NCBI GenBank assembly: GCA_040182905.1
Contig: JARQWU010000005.1
Coordinates: 1 to 64,000 of the forward strand
Direction: 5' to 3'
From: Barthelona sp. PAP020
Lineage: Eukaryota
Length of the DNA stretch: 64,000 nucleotides
The notes beneath the pieces were generated by a model that was given only the letters and a program-made list of their open reading frames with translations, searched no databases and was not told the origin of the DNA. Numbering within the stretch: the stretch's first letter is position 1; every line of letters begins with the position of its first letter. This document shows positions 10,591 through 19,681 of this stretch, in pieces. The position numbers were made by a program, and so were the translations under genes.

Positions 10591-11055
10591 AAATAATTAA
10601 AGAAATTGGAATGGAGAAATATTCACAACAAAGGGGAGGGATTTCAGGCAAAAGAGAATATTAGTGTGTTTAAGGTTTCTTCTTGCAATTTCTGATATTA
10701 ATGGGTATCAAAATTAAAAAGCTCAGGCAATAACAGGGAATTGTAAGAATTCTAGGATTAAGGATAGAAGCAAATAAAACAGGTCACCAAAGAATATTAA
10801 AGTATTACAAAGAGAACATAAGTGGAGACATTTAAAGTGAATCAAAGGGCTGAAAAAAGTGCCAGACTTTTCTTTAAATGCATGCCCATCTAAACGGAAG
10901 CATTTCTTCCTTCTTCTAAGAGTGTTACACCAAAAGAATCAGTTGCAAGTACCCCCAAATTTAAAGAAGAACAATAAAGATCTTTATAAGCATTTATTAT
11001 TGTTGTCCTGTGAATTTCTCCAAAAATTTCATTCTTGATCTTTAAAATAACATGT

Positions 11056-11120
11056 CAGTCCCTCAATCTCCTCCCCTTGGGATTTTGACTGAAATTTGAT
11101 GGAATGAGTTTTCTGAGTTT
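11056..11120 (-). repeat. Right copy of ~65-bp imperfect inverted repeat (partner 8310..8375)
   Basis: Reverse complement aligns with 8310..8375. Confidence 0.85.
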
Positions 11121-11391
11121 ACTTTCTTTGTAAATAGATTTGATTGTCTCACACCTTGACCAACTTTTCTTTAATTTTGCACATATTACGCAATGACATT
11201 GTACTTCTACAAAGAAAGCAACAAACTGAAAAAGAACTAAATAAGATCTCAATCAAAACCGTAAGAAAACAAATTAGCAAAATCTAAATATGTTTTAGTG
11301 CCCAAAAATAAAAATTTGGTATATCTTCTGTTACCACTAATTTTGCTTGACAAAAACAAAATCTTGAAGAGTTTAGTTTTTGCTTCTGACC

Positions 11392-11490
11392 AATCTAAAG
11401 TTTCAACAGACCAATAAACCCTCGATTGCTTTTCAAAGAACAAAACTATTCTTTGTAGTTCACTCAAACGTACAGTGCTTCTTGGCCTGA
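11392..11490 (+). repeat. Degenerate direct repeat, copy 2
   Basis: Aligns with 10489..10590. Confidence 0.85.
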
Positions 11491-11769
11491 AAAAATAAAA
11501 TACAATCATCTTTCACAGAATTATGATTGGCTTCTTTTGAAACACAAATTAAAAGACAGAATTCATTTTCATATCCTCTCTTTAATTCAAATTATGATAT
11601 TGAATTTTCTATATGAGCGGGCACCAGACCTCTGACCTCTTTGATGACAGTCTTGTAATGAGTCGCTTTGGTTTGGGTTGACTCAACCTACCTTTGGATA
11701 TTGAAGCTGATGAAACTTTACGCTTTTTTAAAACAAATGGATAACAAAAAAAAACTTTCTTTACATATG

Positions 11770-12711
11770 TCACTCATCAACATTTTCTTCATCAACTATT
11801 TCATTTTCACTGTTTGGTGAAGTGCTACTCATGTCCTGTTCTTCAACAATTCTAGGTTTCAGTAATTTCTTAATATGATGAGGAATTGTTGCCCTGAGAA
11901 GAACCAACAATCCCAATCTAAATAATAATTCGGGTAAAATTATCACAATTGGGAATTTGAAAAAACCATTAAGGCTTTCAAGAGTGAAATTGGTGCCATT
12001 GTTTTTGAATTGAATAAATTCAGTCATCTTTTGAAATAAAGGTCGTAAATACGGCTGGATGTGTATTATGATGAACGAATACTTGAAAAAAATAACAAAT
12101 CCAACACAAGATGTAATCAGCATATAAATCAATCCATTTTTCATCAATTGTTTAGTTTGAAGAATAGATCCTCCTCTTAAACTCTTCACTTGATCACATT
12201 GTCCTTTTAACAAAGTTTGATATTGCCAAATAAAAGAAAAAATCCAAGTGGGAACGAAAATCAAGAAAGAAACTGACATTATTGGGAACATCATTGAAAA
12301 ACCACGTTTATCTGAAAAATATATTAATGGCATTGTGATGTTAGACAGATGTATGGTTTGACTTTGACCAAATTCAGCAAAACTAGACAAAAGCTCAAAA
12401 AATTTGGATTCTGCCTTTAGACAACCATACATTTTATTCATAAAATTAAAAGAATATTTGCGCAATTGAAAATAAAATAAAAATTCACAAAAATAACAAA
12501 AAATTAATCCAATACACATAAAAATGGTTTCGTCATGAAAACCCTCGGGTAATAATGAATACACTATTGAAAAATTGAAGGGATTTGCGATGATTCCTAA
12601 AGAAGTACCCACCAAAAAACCAAGAATTCTTGAAATTATTCCAATAGAATCAACAGTAGAAAATTCATGTTCTTTGTATATTCTCCTGGAATTATTATTC
12701 AGGACTTGCAT
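11770..12711 (-). CDS. Hypothetical multi-pass membrane protein
   Basis: 313-aa ATG ORF with several hydrophobic segments and an acidic tail; no family recognised. Confidence 0.75.
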   Translation of the reverse strand: MQVLNNNSRRIYKEHEFSTVDSIGIISRILGFLVGTSLGIIANPFNFSIVYSLLPEGFHDETIFMCIGLIFCYFCEFLFYFQLRKYSFNFMNKMYGCLKAESKFFELLSSFAEFGQSQTIHLSNITMPLIYFSDKRGFSMMFPIMSVSFLIFVPTWIFSFIWQYQTLLKGQCDQVKSLRGGSILQTKQLMKNGLIYMLITSCVGFVIFFKYSFIIIHIQPYLRPLFQKMTEFIQFKNNGTNFTLESLNGFFKFPIVIILPELLFRLGLLVLLRATIPHHIKKLLKPRIVEEQDMSSTSPNSENEIVDEENVDE

Positions 12712-12978
12712 GTAATAACAAAAAAGAAAACAACAAGATTTGATTTAGTTTTTCAGACAAATCACAAAAAAAAAGATTACAGAGAATAAATTGGATAAAT
12801 TTATCATGTATAAAGTGTGTATTTAAATATGTTTGGCAAATTTGCTTTTGAAGAAAACAATTGATTGAATTTTCAGCAAAAATGCCAGAAACAAGTTGAA
12901 TTCAATGGTCAAGGCATTCATGTATTAATTGGGCTAAGTGAGTTTCTTAACTATGTTTATCAATTGCATTCCAGGACA

Positions 12979-13167
12979 TTAATTTATTTTGTCATAACTC
13001 ACAAAGTGTTCATTGAGTTGTTTTTCATATTCATCGCTTGGTTTGTAAATTCTTTTTTTTCTAGAATTGTTCAAAATAATATTTTGTATAACACCTGAAA
13101 CGAACAAAAAAAAGGCAGCACAGTTGCAAATCACAAAGATGTAAACAAGGACAGTTTTAAAATCCAT
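12979..13167 (-). CDS. Small single-pass membrane protein (62 aa)
   Basis: ATG in aaATG context, N-terminal hydrophobic helix followed by a basic patch (SRKKR). Confidence 0.45.
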   Translation of the reverse strand: MDFKTVLVYIFVICNCAAFFLFVSGVIQNIILNNSRKKRIYKPSDEYEKQLNEHFVSYDKIN

Positions 13168-13259
13168 TTGTGTAAAAATTGCTTCTTTGTTTTCATGAGT
13201 GTTTTTTCATCAAGATTTACAGCAACATAAAAATTTCATTTATTTTTTTTCAATTTTTG

Positions 13260-13952
13260 ATGAGTAATTTGGATGATTTAACTGTCACAGAATTAAAAGA
13301 AAAAATTTTACACCTGCAAAATATTAACGATGAAATTATTCAGGATAGAAAAAAATTACAATCTCAAAATTCCCTTTTGCATGTAAAAGTGGACCAATTA
13401 GAGCAGAAAATATTTGAAACTGAACATAAATTATTATCAGGTGCTTCAGTAGATAGTTCTAAAACCAAAATATTACATCTTGCAAAAAATCCTTCGACCC
13501 ATTTGATAACAAATAAACTTAGTGTTGATGAAATCGATTCTTTGGAAAATAAAGATAAATCTGCGTTACAACAAGATCTAAATAAGGCGAACAAAGAGTT
13601 GGTCCGAACTCAACAAAGATTTAACAAGTTTAAAAAGATTTTTGAGCAACAATTGAACATATTCAGACAAAATGTTTGTATTTTAACAGGGTTTCAATTC
13701 AGTTTAGAAAGTGGTACGGATGATATTTATAGAGTATCTTGTATTTACAGTTCTAATCCTGAAAGAGAATATTTAAATTTTCATTGTACGGTACCACCAA
13801 ATGGTGATCCGGTATTCAGCTTGATTGAAAATGAGTACACTAGAAGTGGAGGTTTAAATTATCAATTGTTGGATAAACTGCAACTCAGTGGAAGTATTCC
13901 TTTATTTTTAGCGGATTTCATTGAAGAACAGTATCATAAATATTTTATTTAA
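13260..13952 (+). CDS. MAD1: Spindle checkpoint protein Mad1, C-terminal part only (230 aa)
   Basis: Mad2-interaction motif KILHLAKNP, coiled coil, then RWD-like domain (FRQNVCILTGFQF...SIPLFLA). First ATG is at 13260. Confidence 0.8.
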   Translation: MSNLDDLTVTELKEKILHLQNINDEIIQDRKKLQSQNSLLHVKVDQLEQKIFETEHKLLSGASVDSSKTKILHLAKNPSTHLITNKLSVDEIDSLENKDKSALQQDLNKANKELVRTQQRFNKFKKIFEQQLNIFRQNVCILTGFQFSLESGTDDIYRVSCIYSSNPEREYLNFHCTVPPNGDPVFSLIENEYTRSGGLNYQLLDKLQLSGSIPLFLADFIEEQYHKYFI

Positions 13953-14098
13953 AGCATGTTTTTTTTTTGGACAAATTTGGTAAAAATTCGAAAAAACATG
14001 ATGTGTAAAGTGATATCCACCCTAAAAATAAAATAAATGAGTTATTTAAAAAGAGAGAAGACTGAGGCTTTCAAAAAATATTTTTTTGCACATAATCC

Positions 14099-15358
14099 AT
14101 GGAAGACTCTTCGGGGAATACAGAAAAAGTGTACTTAGGCCCACCAACATTGTTTTTGCACACATTTCCTCCGATATTTGAAGATTTCTTTCGTAATTTT
14201 GATAATTTATTTATTCGATTGGTTCAAACCTTATATTTTAAGCCAATGAAATATCTTGATCTTGGATTGACTTTTTTTACCTCTATTGAATTTGGTTGTG
14301 CTGTTCCTTGTATTCTATTATTTATGGGATTTGATTCTCTTGCTTTAGAATTGATGTGGTTGATGTTTATTGTATGTTTTTTATCCCAAATACCAAAAAG
14401 ATTAATTTGGAGGCCCAGACCATTTATGATGAAAAGAGCGAGATGTCTTGAAGAAACAAAAACTTCATCTTTTCCATCTCGAGCAGTTACATGTGCTGTT
14501 GTATATTGTTATGGTGTTTTGAGATATTTGAATCTTTATGGAAATGAAAATGTTAAAATTGGTTTTTGGTTGACTTTCTTTGCCTGCACATGTTTTTTTT
14601 TTGCTGCTTCGTGGGCTAGAGTTCAATTGGGTGTTCATTATCCATCAGATTGTCTGATGGGTGCGGTATTAGGAATGTTTTCAATTCTTTTTTCATCAAT
14701 GATTTCTGATATTCATAAAATAATGTGTTTGGATTGTTTGCACAGTTGCTACTCCTTGCATGGTTCAACTAATGTTATTGAAACTATGCAAGATTTGAAT
14801 TGGAATGCTGTCATTATGATCACTTTGGCAGGTATTGGTTTGACACTGTGGTCTGTTACACCACCCGTGCGATTTTGGTTCAAATGTCATTGTGTTTATG
14901 GAATGGTGTTTCCTTGCATGGCATTTTTGTTTTCAGGTCTGTGTCCCCCGTTGGCACCATCTTTCAGTTCATTGCCAAAACATAATATTAATGGGGAATT
15001 TGATGTTAAAGATGCAGTTTTTGGAATATTTGTTGGTGTGATTACAACTGTTTTTGGTATGATTTCTGGTCAAAAAATAAAGGACCCTTTTGCTTCTACT
15101 GTGATTGTTAAGACAACCCCAACCAATGCAGCATTAGCCAGAATGCGTACTCATAAGATGGGTTGGGGTTATCATCAGTTGATTAAACTATTGGAAAATA
15201 ATGGTGCAGAAGTTGTTTCAAAAAAGAAAATAACTAAGCATCCAATTCTCAAAGGTTTAGCTTTGTTTCTTGTTATGCACATATTTATCTTTGGGATGTT
15301 GTGTCTTTGGAGATTTAAAAAAATTCAATCTTTTTTTAAAAATGTTTTTACTTTGTGA
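14099..15358 (+). CDS. PAP2-family integral membrane lipid phosphatase
   Basis: C1 KRLIWRPRP, C2 SFPSRA and C3 ARVQLGVHYPSD motifs; multiple TM helices. Confidence 0.85.
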   Translation: MEDSSGNTEKVYLGPPTLFLHTFPPIFEDFFRNFDNLFIRLVQTLYFKPMKYLDLGLTFFTSIEFGCAVPCILLFMGFDSLALELMWLMFIVCFLSQIPKRLIWRPRPFMMKRARCLEETKTSSFPSRAVTCAVVYCYGVLRYLNLYGNENVKIGFWLTFFACTCFFFAASWARVQLGVHYPSDCLMGAVLGMFSILFSSMISDIHKIMCLDCLHSCYSLHGSTNVIETMQDLNWNAVIMITLAGIGLTLWSVTPPVRFWFKCHCVYGMVFPCMAFLFSGLCPPLAPSFSSLPKHNINGEFDVKDAVFGIFVGVITTVFGMISGQKIKDPFASTVIVKTTPTNAALARMRTHKMGWGYHQLIKLLENNGAEVVSKKKITKHPILKGLALFLVMHIFIFGMLCLWRFKKIQSFFKNVFTL

Positions 15359-15496
15359 ATATATTTATTGTTTTTTTTTTTCTTCAATACATAAAGTCCA
15401 TTTATCTTATAAAACAAATTATGTTCGAATTTTTTGTTTTTGATTTGGTCTATTTATAAAATTGACAATTTGTTGTTGTTTGTATTTTTGTTATCA

Positions 15497-16189
15497 ATGT
15501 TGTTCAATCGATTTATTCTGTTGTGTTTTCTATATTTGATATCAGCAATACAAATTGAATGTAAAATTACAAAAGTCGCTGATTATGTAACCTGGACTAA
15601 CTCAACTTTGGGATTAAAATGGATAAAATCACTTCAAAATGACCAATTAAAAAAGATTCAACAATTTTATGTGCCTCAAGAAAGGAATCACAGTGGAATT
15701 GTCACTTCAGTAATTCTTCAAAATATTATGCACAATGATTCACAAAAATACAATCAAGAGAACGTATTTAAAAATATTAATGATATAGTCACAAAAGAAG
15801 AAGTTTTAGAACATGATATCAGTTTAAGAAAATTTTCCTTGATAAATTACCGTCTTCTTTCGAAAAAATATTTGCTTTTATGGGATCGAGCTGAACCTGA
15901 TGTTAATTTTCTTTTTGAAGATTTTAAAAGAAAATTGATTGACATGATGAAGAATCCAACAATTTATATTGGAGTTAATTTTAGCCTTGAAGAATTGTTT
16001 GGAGTTCCTGTTGGACATTTTAGTCCTATTGCTGGTTATATCTCTGAATTTAAACAAGTTTTGGTGTATGATGTTGACAGCAATTTTAGTCCCTATTTTG
16101 TTCCTGTTGACAAATTATATAAAGCCATGGGATTATTGGATTCGTCTACACAAAAATCTGGTGGTTATACAATTTTTCAAACAATCTGA
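15497..16189 (+). CDS. Phytochelatin synthase-like (papain-fold) protein with signal peptide
   Basis: F..Q....SG..S....N block, plus GHFSPIAGY and VLVYDV motifs. ATG at 15497 is followed by a hydrophobic signal-like segment. Confidence 0.8.
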   Translation: MLFNRFILLCFLYLISAIQIECKITKVADYVTWTNSTLGLKWIKSLQNDQLKKIQQFYVPQERNHSGIVTSVILQNIMHNDSQKYNQENVFKNINDIVTKEEVLEHDISLRKFSLINYRLLSKKYLLLWDRAEPDVNFLFEDFKRKLIDMMKNPTIYIGVNFSLEELFGVPVGHFSPIAGYISEFKQVLVYDVDSNFSPYFVPVDKLYKAMGLLDSSTQKSGGYTIFQTI

Positions 16190-16321
16190 AGTTCCATCAT
16201 TTGTAAATTGACTGTGTTTTTTGTTTATTCATTCAGCAAAAAAAAAAAAAAAGATTAACATGAAACTGAACTGCCAAATGGATTTACAATGATAACTTTT
16301 TGAAAAATAAAAAAAAATTTG

Positions 16322-17371
16322 TTAAGGAATCCACAATAGCATTTTGTGACATTGTGCAGCACTTTCACTAACTTTGGAATTGTGATGCCTTTTTAATTGA
16401 ACGATTTTCTTTTCAAAAGGCTTAAATGCTTCTCTATTCTTTTCTAACAACGAACAAATACATTTTAAAGAATTGATCAAGATAATAGAGTCAAAATGTT
16501 CCAACAATCCTCCAAAAAAAACAGGCGTTTTCAAATTTTCCATCATCTCTTCTTTGGCAGGTTGATATGTGGAAAGAACCATAACTACTGCAGTTAAATA
16601 TTCAAACAATCTCAAATCCACATTGTTTTTGTCATAAAATGTGATAATCTGTTCAACCACACCACTTTCATGAACAATTTGACGAATATCTGCATTGATC
16701 ATCAAAGTAGTCAAACAATCTAGAACTTTTTTGTCAACTTCAATGGAATTTTGTTGCAATAAACCAACCAATCTCATTGAAGCATGTCTAGCGTGAAACA
16801 GAATGAAATCATCGTCTTTGAAAACATTCTTCAAACATATCAAAATATTCAACAGAATCTCAGACTCACAATTAACATCATTCAAAACATCGATTAATGT
16901 GGATACATCTTCATTGTTTAAAATCTTTACATGAAATAAAGATAATTCTTTGAAAAACTTTGTACTTTCAATTCTTTCTTCTTTAATATTGGAATTTACA
17001 TATGAAAGAATTGAAGGAATTAGAGGCTTTAAAAAATCTCCAACATAACCTAAACGAGTGAACTTGCTGGTTATTTCAAGTGCTTTTATGCGTAATTCAG
17101 GTGTGGTCGCAATAAATTCAATGTATCGATTAATAAGATCATTTTGCAAAGCAAGTAATAAATATTCTTCCTTTGAAATAATATTATCTATGTCGTTAAG
17201 TGCTTGTGTTCGTATGGTAAGTTCAGTATCAGCTAAAAAACTGATGTGTGAAATTATATTATCATAACCATATGATGAATAGACATGCAAAGGATCAAAT
17301 GGCTTTGGATCTGCTGGAGCAGAATGCGCAGCTATCAAATCAATTCTTCCTTTGTTCGATTTGAAAGACAT
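16322..17371 (-). CDS. RSPH14: Radial spoke head protein 14-like ARM-repeat protein
   Basis: N-terminal DP.....YG motif, ARM/HEAT-like helices, C-terminal W-x-P, ~350 aa as in RSPH14/RTDR1. Confidence 0.7.
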   Translation of the reverse strand: MSFKSNKGRIDLIAAHSAPADPKPFDPLHVYSSYGYDNIISHISFLADTELTIRTQALNDIDNIISKEEYLLLALQNDLINRYIEFIATTPELRIKALEITSKFTRLGYVGDFLKPLIPSILSYVNSNIKEERIESTKFFKELSLFHVKILNNEDVSTLIDVLNDVNCESEILLNILICLKNVFKDDDFILFHARHASMRLVGLLQQNSIEVDKKVLDCLTTLMINADIRQIVHESGVVEQIITFYDKNNVDLRLFEYLTAVVMVLSTYQPAKEEMMENLKTPVFFGGLLEHFDSIILINSLKCICSLLEKNREAFKPFEKKIVQLKRHHNSKVSESAAQCHKMLLWIP

Positions 17372-17546
17372 TTTGAAAAATTGTTGAAAAGGAATTAAGT
17401 TTTTTTTTCTTCACCTTTGCGCTTAAAAATAAATGTCGATGAGAGTTTATACTAATTTCGTTGAATTTGTAAACAAAAAAGTGGTTTTCAATTGTTAATT
17501 TTTCAAAATGAAAAGAAAAATCACAATTATCATGTAAAAATGTGTT

Positions 17547-18305
17547 TTAAAGACTATAAGATATTTGATCTTTCTTTCTAACGCTAACTTTCAAAATATT
17601 ACCGTTGAAATTATAATTGTTCAAAGCATGAATGGCAGCATCAGCTTCTTGTGGAGTTGAATATGAAACAAATCCATGCTTCACAGTGACATTAGCATCT
17701 TTTGTACTACTAAGTTTAATACTCAATATCGTTCCATAAGGGGCAAAAAGTTGAGCAAATCGCTTTTCAAAAACATTCAAAGGTATTCCATAGACAAAAA
17801 TGTTGGCCCCAGGTGGGCCCAACTTAGCTTCAGCAGGTTCTTCAGTTTTTTCAACAGTTTCAATTCTTTTATGGGCTTTTCGCACCGTTAAAGGTTCTAC
17901 TGTATTTTTTAACATTTTTCCATCAAATTTTTCAATGAATTCATCAACACATGAAGGGTTTTCAAATTCACCAAAGGCAGCAGTTAATTTATCTGAACTT
18001 TGAATCATAGCAACATTTTTCACAGTTCCAACTGTTGATAACATTCGTCTTAATGTGTCTTCATCCCATGTTTTCGGAAATTTTGATATGTAAACTTTTG
18101 TTGTAGCATTATCCAGCACCCTAAAAGCTTTCTTCTTCTTATTATTGTTTTTATTTTTGATATTAATGGAATGATTCGTGTTGGTTTCAGGAGGATAAGA
18201 CACTTCATCATTTTTTTCTACTTTTGAAAGATTATCTATTAATGATGGATTTAACTTTGTTTTAATGTCATTTGTTTGATATGGGGTTAAACCTTTAATT
18301 ACCAT
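17547..18305 (-). CDS. Two-RRM RNA-binding protein, CELF/ELAV-like
   Basis: KVYISKFP RNP2. GPPGANIFVYGIP and GFVSY...AIHALN are typical of the CELF C-terminal RRM. Confidence 0.85.
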   Translation of the reverse strand: MVIKGLTPYQTNDIKTKLNPSLIDNLSKVEKNDEVSYPPETNTNHSINIKNKNNNKKKKAFRVLDNATTKVYISKFPKTWDEDTLRRMLSTVGTVKNVAMIQSSDKLTAAFGEFENPSCVDEFIEKFDGKMLKNTVEPLTVRKAHKRIETVEKTEEPAEAKLGPPGANIFVYGIPLNVFEKRFAQLFAPYGTILSIKLSSTKDANVTVKHGFVSYSTPQEADAAIHALNNYNFNGNILKVSVRKKDQISYSL

Positions 18306-18352
18306 TCGAGCATAGATGAAAAAATTAAAACTATTTTTTTTTGTTTAAAGAT

Positions 18353-18856
18353 ATGTCAACAAGATTTATTGGAAAAAAAGATTCAAGTAGTTCAAATATT
18401 CAGGATTTTCCTGAACCATTGAATGAAGATGAAGATGTTTTATCTCCAGCCCAAATTAGACGTTGGAGAAAACGAACCCAACTTCGTGATTTTGCTATTG
18501 ATATTGTTTTAATCGCTTTATCTGTTTTTGTTTTCTTATATTTTGATGTTAAAACAATCATTTTAAAAGAACATAATTTTTACATTACACCTATGGTTTT
18601 GTTTATATTTGCAGGTTCTTCAGCTGTTGTTATTTTGATTTATGTAGCATTTATGTATCCTAAAATAAAAGGAGAGGTTATTACTCCTTCATCCCCTTTA
18701 ATCTACTTTATTGTTGTTTCATCTTTTGTTGCAATAGTATCATTGATAATAGCCCTCTTCAAAGCTTATAAGATTTTTTCATTGTTGATCGTTCTATTGT
18801 TGTCCGTTGGTATGATTGATTTTATTATTTTAATTTCTCGTTTGTTACCATTTTGA
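18353..18856 (+). CDS. Four-TM membrane protein, TMEM128-like
   Basis: ATG at 18353; four hydrophobic helices; size and layout resemble TMEM128. Confidence 0.55.
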   Translation: MSTRFIGKKDSSSSNIQDFPEPLNEDEDVLSPAQIRRWRKRTQLRDFAIDIVLIALSVFVFLYFDVKTIILKEHNFYITPMVLFIFAGSSAVVILIYVAFMYPKIKGEVITPSSPLIYFIVVSSFVAIVSLIIALFKAYKIFSLLIVLLLSVGMIDFIILISRLLPF

Positions 18857-19113
18857 TGTGAATATGTTTGTAATTTGTTTTTTTTTTAAGCACATTTTCT
18901 ACAATAAATGTTTGTATTTTTATTTTTCATTATTTCAAAGTTGTTTGGGAATGGAAGGAAAAACAAGTAGAATTGATTGAAAAAACTGGTTGTATTTGCC
19001 CCTCAACAAATTGTTAAGTTAATCTTTATTTTACCCAATCTTTTGATGATTTTTTAAATGCAAAAAGTGAAATGGAACAGAAAAAAAAAAAAAAAAGATA
19101 CAATTTATTGAGT

Positions 19114-19305
19114 TCAAGCATTGTTCATTTCCTGTTGATTGATTTCTTGTGCTTCTGATTGTAATTTTTCAAGAGTTTCTAAAGTTACAGATTTAATTGG
19201 CAATATTTTTGGTTTGCAAAGAGCTTCAGATAACTCTTCAGTAGATTCAAAGACTAAGCCATTCATTGGTAATACATCAGGTATAGTATTTTTCGAAGGT
19301 GGCAT
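19114..19305 (-). CDS. BBIP1: BBSome-interacting protein 1 (BBS18)
   Basis: DVLP..GLVFE......LCKPKILPIKSVTLETLEKLQ is the BBIP1 signature. Confidence 0.92.
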   Translation of the reverse strand: MPPSKNTIPDVLPMNGLVFESTEELSEALCKPKILPIKSVTLETLEKLQSEAQEINQQEMNNA

Positions 19306-19681
19306 TTAAAAAATATCGTCCAAATAAAAACAAGAAAAAATACCGATTGGTTTGAGCTTTTTTATTTCACTTTTAGGGTTTAAAGAACTTATTATTAATA
19401 AAAACTAAAATGTGTTTGTTATTTTAGCATTTAAACAATGGAAAACATAAAAGATCAATTCTTTTTTTCATTCATTTTTGAATTTTGACAAAATAAATAT
19501 ATTAAATGCTTAATAAAAAGGAAAATATATCATTTACAAAAAACAAAAGAGAAACAAAGGAAGTTGAAGAAATTTTTTTTGATTTTTGTTGAATAATCAG
19601 ATTAATTCAATGTAAATTTCTTTTTAATATACAAATATTGTCAATTATCAATTATTTATTGATGTTATTTTTTTCTTTTTT

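Noticed and set aside
9918..11509. Short ORFs in the ankyrin island (72, 113, 65 and 86 aa)
   Set aside because: No recognisable domain (no transposase, reverse transcriptase or integrase motifs), and they overlap degenerate repeats; treated as debris.
12776..12800. ACAGAGA box suggesting U6 snRNA
   Set aside because: Not followed by the AGC triad or internal stem-loop; the surroundings are plain A/T-rich sequence.
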